Shown piece after piece: positions 58,839 through 64,000 of a stretch of 64,000 bases of DNA. Within the stretch, counting starts at the first letter, position 1. Every line of letters begins with the position of its first letter. The DNA comes from a virus (lineage: Duplodnaviria; Caudoviricetes): positions 1 to 64,000 of the IMG/VR virus record IMGVR_UViG_3300002220_000062. One strand, given 5' to 3'. Both the position numbers and the translations under genes were made by a program. The notes below the pieces were generated by a model. It did not search any database. It worked only from the letters and a program-made list of their open reading frames with translations, and was not told the origin of the DNA.

Positions 58839-61800
58839 TATTTACAAGGTTTGTTTATTGCGTCATTGTTATCATTAAATAAATCCAACTGACTTGGGTC
58901 TATTTTAATTTTACTCTTATTTTCTGTATAAGGTTTAATGTTCCTTAACTCATTTATTACTTCTGCTAATGATTCAGCATGTGTTCCTTCATTTCTTCCA
59001 GCTAATCTTTTATCATATAGTAATGTAGCGTTATCAAGTTTTCCTGAATTTATTTCATCTAATATCCACTCACGTTGTTCTGGCTCAACACTTCTTAATA
59101 CAATAGTTTCACCATTTGCAGTAGTATAATCAGCATAGTCCTTTTTACCTAATAACCAGTCTTTATATGTATTCGCAGCAGCTGTTACAGCAGAGATTCC
59201 TTCAGATGATAACTTAATTGTACCATTTACACCACCCTCACTAAAAGGATTACCAAAATGTGAATATTCATGTGTCCTATTTAAAGTTCTCATAGTATTA
59301 ACTCCATCTGTAGTATATACAGGTTGATTTTTTAATACTGTCCATTTATTTTCTAAATCTACTTTAACTTGTCTAGGTTTTTGTTCTACATTTTCAACAC
59401 CCTGTAAAGTATTAATATAAACATCTGTAATAGCTTGTTTACCTATTTCATTTATCTCTCTTGTACCAATGCCAGCAAAGTTCTTAGTTAATGATGGTGT
59501 ATTTACTTCTGTAAACTCACTTCCATTCCAAGTAAACCATTTACTTTCATTTTGGTCAAATACATATACAGGTTTGTTTTGTTGTATAGCCATTTCAACT
59601 GCATAACCAGTTCCTCCTTGAATAGCATCTTTTATTAAAACTCTTTGTTCTGCTTTTGGTTTACCTAAATCTGCTTTCCATACATCTCCTGCTTTTCCTA
59701 TTGAACTTATAGCAAATACAGCATCAGAATTTTTAACTTGGGCCCAGTTTCTAATTAGCTTCTCTTCTTTCATTGTAGCGTATTTATAACCCCACATAGC
59801 TTTAGCTGCTTTAGCAACCATTGAAGGACCCTCAATAGCCTCTGACATATCACTAATATTTACATTACCCCTTGGTGTTTTAGTATTTAAATAGTAATGT
59901 TTATTATTTACCATTCCAAATTCTTCACCTATATAATCCCACTCTGAATCAGAACCATTAGCACCACCAGAATGATTAGTAAAATCACCCATATTAGTAG
60001 GTTCTTTTTTAATTTCTGTTTTTACTCTTGTATCTATTTCTTCAGCTGAAATTGACTTTTCTTTTTCTTCTTCCACTTTTTCAGGATTTATTAATGCATA
60101 AAATTGACCAGTAATTTCAGGAGTAAGAGTTAATTGATTTAATGGAAAGATACTTCTATTAGTTTCATCCCATTTACTATATTCTAATACTTTAAATCCT
60201 TTTCTATCACTGTATCCTAAAGTTTCAGATGCTATATATACTGGATTATTAGCAGGAGTAAAACCTATTAAACGATATGACCTTTCAATTGGGTTTCCTT
60301 CTGGGCTTTTAGCATTCTTTTTAACCCATTCTCTTGTCATACTTTTCTCACTTGGATATAATGCAAAACCATAATCATTATTAGGCAGTTTTGTATTTAC
60401 CTCATTATCAAATATTTTTTTAGTTACTTGATAATCTTCTTTATTTGCTTTAAAGAAATCATGTTGAAAAACAGTATCTATTTTTCCACCCATATTATTT
60501 AACTCAATGGCTGTATCTATTATATAATCATTTAAATTATTTTTAGCAAACCATTCATATGGTATGTAACTATAGAATTGATTAATATTCATTTGAAAAC
60601 CTGAGCTTAAAAATGAATATTTAATAAGCATAGTAGATAACTCAGGATTATCATTCATTAAATCCAACCAAGCTGTAGTTAAATCATTCTCTATAGATGC
60701 TGATTTTTTTCTATTACTCATACCTATAAATTTCATACCAGTCTCATTAGTTTTTATTTCTAATTCTTGGACCAATAAGTTTTTACTTACTTTTTTATAA
60801 GCATCTAATATATCTACAGTTTTAGTAACTATTGCCCATCTATTATGTTGTGTCATTTTTAATGGACCAAATCCTGACATAATATATGAATAATAACTAT
60901 TCTCCAATTTTGTTGCTAATTTTTCACTTAATAAATCAGTTCCATAAATGGATTTTGATATTGCATTAAATGTATTTACAACTGTTGGGTTTGCTATTAG
61001 GAATGTAGATGGGTTTGCTTCCATTACATCTCCTATAAAATTAATAATATTTTCAGTATAAGCACCAAGTAGTGTATATTTACCATTTTTAACCAACTTA
61101 GTACTAAACCCTTTAAAATTACCCTCTTCTGCTTCATCATTATTAATTAAATTATGAATTAAATTTTTCATAATGATTAATGATGTTACATTTTTTCCAT
61201 AACCAGATACATCAACCTTAGATGCATCGTTATTTTCTTTTATCTTTTTAGCTTGGTTTTGCCATTCTATAAAAGTATAGAAAATATTCATCTGTGTTTC
61301 AGGATTAGCCTTACCATTAATTTGAACTCTCAGCTCTTTTAATGATAAACTATTTATTTTAAATCCTTTTCTGCTTTTAAATCTTCCTTTAGTAACAAAT
61401 ATTACTTTCTTTATTTCTTCAAATTGCTCTTCAGAAACTTTAGATTTAAATAATCTAGATAATGTTTTAATTGATATATCACCTTTAGTTGATTCATAAA
61501 TAGTTCTATAACTTTTAGTAACACCATTTATTGTCTTAGGTGCAAAAGATTCTAATTCTTCTACTACTTTACTTTCAACATATTTTTCTTCTATATTACC
61601 AGTATTCTTGTTAATTTTAGACTCAGCATTGGTAATGAAGTTAATATATTCTTTTATAACTGGTTGTCCTATTAATGCATTAACATAATAAGGATGAACA
61701 CCAGCTCTTAATAACATAAACCCTACGTTAGCAGTTTGTGTAGTCCAGTTACCTCTAGTAATATAAGGGTCTCTAGCAATATCCACATACGCATTTAATA

Positions 61801-64000
61801 ATGCTGAGAGTGAGTTTGCTATGTTTATTTTTTTTAGACTTTTATCACTAGTTTTAACAGTTTTATTATAGTATTCAAAATCCTCATCTGATAGTGGTTG
61901 TGAATATTCAGAGTCAAACGTTGTTTCCTCTTGACTATTCATTTTACCAATACCTAAATTATATTTATGAAAACCTAATGAAGCCATCATACCCCTTACG
62001 TGGTCAACTACAGCATTAGCAGTTTGACCTACCCCAGCTTTACCAGCAATAAATTGATATTTTAATTCAATCTCATTTATTAGATTAAAGTCAGATAGAT
62101 TTGTAGATGGTGGTATAGGAAATAAGTCCTTTATATCATCTTTAATAAAACTATAATCAATTGGAGTCATTACCTCCTTAATTACCTTTGGGTTCGTTAA
62201 AACAGCTTTATAGGCTTCTATTAGCTTATTCTGTAATCCTTTTACAGAATTAGTTTCTAAATTGTTATCTTCTTTTATATATTCTAATTTACTAACAACA
62301 TTATAATTAGGAATTTCTTTCTTAATATTTTCAAGTAATTTACTCTTACTATCTGAATGTAAGATAAAATTAACTAACTCATTAACATCATGATTTAATA
62401 TATCTTTTACATCACCACCAAATAAGAATCTTACAATACTTTCCTCATCTAATTGTGATGAGTCTTCTACACCTAATTCATCTAATAAATCAGCTACTTT
62501 TTTACTTGTTTGTAAAAGTGTTTTACCTCTTAAGTTTGTATAAATATACTCTCTAATTTTACCAGCATTTTTATATAATGCTTTAAAACTAGGCATCATC
62601 AAATACATCTTATCAATATCAAAGTCACTACCTGTTTTAGTAGTAATACCAGTATATGTAATAATAGTATCTCCAACTTCTGCTGGTAATATACCAACTA
62701 CTTCAATAGCATCATTTGATGCCAATGCTTGATTAGGAATCCTATAACTTACAATATTTCTTAGTATTCTTTGGTCTATTAATCCATCTGTATAATTATT
62801 TTCTTTTGTACCAAATAATTGTGCTGGTGTTTTTGATGCATAATCAGGAACATACTTTGCAATAAAAGAACCAGAAAGTAAAACACCACCTGGTCTAATT
62901 ATTTTTCTACCTGTTTTAGATAAAATAAACTCACCATTATCATCCCTTAAGAATGTAGGCTCGTGGGTAGTGTTCATAGCCCAAGGAGTCCATATTACAC
63001 CTTTTTGATTTGCTTCTTCATTACTAAACCCATAGTTAGCCATTTGAATAAATGCTCCACCATTTGTTTGTATTTTTACTAATCTTTTTAAAGATATAGA
63101 TGCAAATATATTTTGTAACTTTTGTTGATAACCAGGAATACCAAATGGAGATAAACCAGATTCTAAAGCATCAATAACATTTTGTGGTGCTCTTCTAGTT
63201 TTCAATTCATCTACTAATACCTTGTTTAATCTAGCAATATTACCTATTTTATTATTGGAAGAAATACCAAATTCTTTTTGGAAACTACTTTTACCTTTAT
63301 TAGATAATGTTTCTACTATTTTATTAATGTAATTTAATAGATTTTCACCATTTATTTCTTCTCCATCCATTATAAATTCTTCTGTTGGATTAAAAGCTAA
63401 TCCAGCAAATATATTTTTTTGAATCTGAGAGCCAACAGCTGTATCTTTAAATGTTTTAGTTGGTAAATCTTGTTGTAATTTCCATCCACTATTTTTTAAG
63501 GTTAATGGATTTAATTTGAAGTTATCTAATACTTTACCATTTTCATCATGTGATTTTGTAGGTAGGTTAGACCCAACTTTAATACCTTGTCCTGTAATTA
63601 ATTCATCTATATTATCAGTCACCATTTGGTCTGCTAATCTTTTAAGGCCAGGATTATTCTTAACTAATTGTGGTAATAAGACAGCTTGTGAGTATTTTAA
63701 ATAAGTAGGCACACCATTGTTAATTTCAAAGTACACTCCTTTTAATGGTTGTGCTGCTCTTTTTAATTCATCAACAGTAAATGGTTCTTTATTTATTTGC
63801 ATTAATTTATCAAATACAATATCATCTATATTAGCCCATTTTCCTAAACCTTGTTTTAAAAATTTCCAACGTTCAGGAGTTATCCAAGCTTGTGCATCTG
63901 TAGAATCAATACCATCTTGTATTACTTCACCTTTTTTATCTACTTTTCTTTCATAGAATTTTCCAATAGTTCTCCATTCTTTTTCAGTAAATAACTCTTT
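58838..64000 (-). CDS. Virion RNA polymerase (5' end beyond the window)
   Basis: YRIPNQ and GSDFDIDKMY catalytic motifs; the frame stays open from 63802 to 64000 (DSTDAQAWITP). Confidence 0.9.
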   Translation of the reverse strand, partial: KELFTEKEWRTIGKFYERKVDKKGEVIQDGIDSTDAQAWITPERWKFLKQGLGKWANIDDIVFDKLMQINKEPFTVDELKRAAQPLKGVYFEINNGVPTYLKYSQAVLLPQLVKNNPGLKRLADQMVTDNIDELITGQGIKVGSNLPTKSHDENGKVLDNFKLNPLTLKNSGWKLQQDLPTKTFKDTAVGSQIQKNIFAGLAFNPTEEFIMDGEEINGENLLNYINKIVETLSNKGKSSFQKEFGISSNNKIGNIARLNKVLVDELKTRRAPQNVIDALESGLSPFGIPGYQQKLQNIFASISLKRLVKIQTNGGAFIQMANYGFSNEEANQKGVIWTPWAMNTTHEPTFLRDDNGEFILSKTGRKIIRPGGVLLSGSFIAKYVPDYASKTPAQLFGTKENNYTDGLIDQRILRNIVSYRIPNQALASNDAIEVVGILPAEVGDTIITYTGITTKTGSDFDIDKMYLMMPSFKALYKNAGKIREYIYTNLRGKTLLQTSKKVADLLDELGVEDSSQLDEESIVRFLFGGDVKDILNHDVNELVNFILHSDSKSKLLENIKKEIPNYNVVSKLEYIKEDNNLETNSVKGLQNKLIEAYKAVLTNPKVIKEVMTPIDYSFIKDDIKDLFPIPPSTNLSDFNLINEIELKYQFIAGKAGVGQTANAVVDHVRGMMASLGFHKYNLGIGKMNSQEETTFDSEYSQPLSDEDFEYYNKTVKTSDKSLKKINIANSLSALLNAYVDIARDPYITRGNWTTQTANVGFMLLRAGVHPYYVNALIGQPVIKEYINFITNAESKINKNTGNIEEKYVESKVVEELESFAPKTINGVTKSYRTIYESTKGDISIKTLSRLFKSKVSEEQFEEIKKVIFVTKGRFKSRKGFKINSLSLKELRVQINGKANPETQMNIFYTFIEWQNQAKKIKENNDASKVDVSGYGKNVTSLIIMKNLIHNLINNDEAEEGNFKGFSTKLVKNGKYTLLGAYTENIINFIGDVMEANPSTFLIANPTVVNTFNAISKSIYGTDLLSEKLATKLENSYYSYIMSGFGPLKMTQHNRWAIVTKTVDILDAYKKVSKNLLVQELEIKTNETGMKFIGMSNRKKSASIENDLTTAWLDLMNDNPELSTMLIKYSFLSSGFQMNINQFYSYIPYEWFAKNNLNDYIIDTAIELNNMGGKIDTVFQHDFFKANKEDYQVTKKIFDNEVNTKLPNNDYGFALYPSEKSMTREWVKKNAKSPEGNPIERSYRLIGFTPANNPVYIASETLGYSDRKGFKVLEYSKWDETNRSIFPLNQLTLTPEITGQFYALINPEKVEEEKEKSISAEEIDTRVKTEIKKEPTNMGDFTNHSGGANGSDSEWDYIGEEFGMVNNKHYYLNTKTPRGNVNISDMSEAIEGPSMVAKAAKAMWGYKYATMKEEKLIRNWAQVKNSDAVFAISSIGKAGDVWKADLGKPKAEQRVLIKDAIQGGTGYAVEMAIQQNKPVYVFDQNESKWFTWNGSEFTEVNTPSLTKNFAGIGTREINEIGKQAITDVYINTLQGVENVEQKPRQVKVDLENKWTVLKNQPVYTTDGVNTMRTLNRTHEYSHFGNPFSEGGVNGTIKLSSEGISAVTAAANTYKDWLLGKKDYADYTTANGETIVLRSVEPEQREWILDEINSGKLDNATLLYDKRLAGRNEGTHAESLAEVINELRNIKPYTENKSKIKIDPSQLDLFNDNNDAINKPCK

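Noticed and set aside
131-63956. Short antisense ORFs in the track (e.g. 131..328, 1348..1608, 5698..5919, 25646..25900, 54460..54879)
   Set aside because: They lie opposite well-supported genes and have the Ser/Leu/Ile/Phe-rich composition of shadow frames.
1-64000. Genome-wide stop-codon reassignment, known in some crAss-like phages
   Set aside because: Long genes are intact in the standard code; TAA, TAG and TGA all end genes; no suppressor tRNA seen.

Overview
AT-rich window from a crAss-like (Crassvirales) phage genome with a probable Bacteroidota host. Minus-strand left arm (1-14.2 kb): start of the major capsid gene, a scaffold-like gene, portal, terminase large subunit, GroEL and GroES-like genes, and small regulators. 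Plus-strand centre (14.3-54.1 kb): an early region of small ORFs with a tmRNA, a hammerhead ribozyme and many stem-closed structured RNAs, then replication and nucleotide genes (PolA, DnaB-like helicase, primase, class II RNR, UDG, nucleases) and a phiEco32-type ATP-grasp/amidoligase/GATase cluster. Minus-strand right arm: a giant virion protein and the virion RNA polymerase (DFDID motif). Main discovery: the Walker A loop of the DnaB-like helicase (ANS|KVG|KT) is split by two tandem group I introns around a 9-nt micro-exon. The second intron (about 2.4 kb) has its ribozyme core scattered around four or five cargo ORFs with no recognisable homing-endonuclease motif. Also notable: six small genes that all end in YEIY/YEIF, and free-standing HNH genes that duplicate the ends of neighbouring genes. 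All calls come from reading motifs by eye; no database searches were run.
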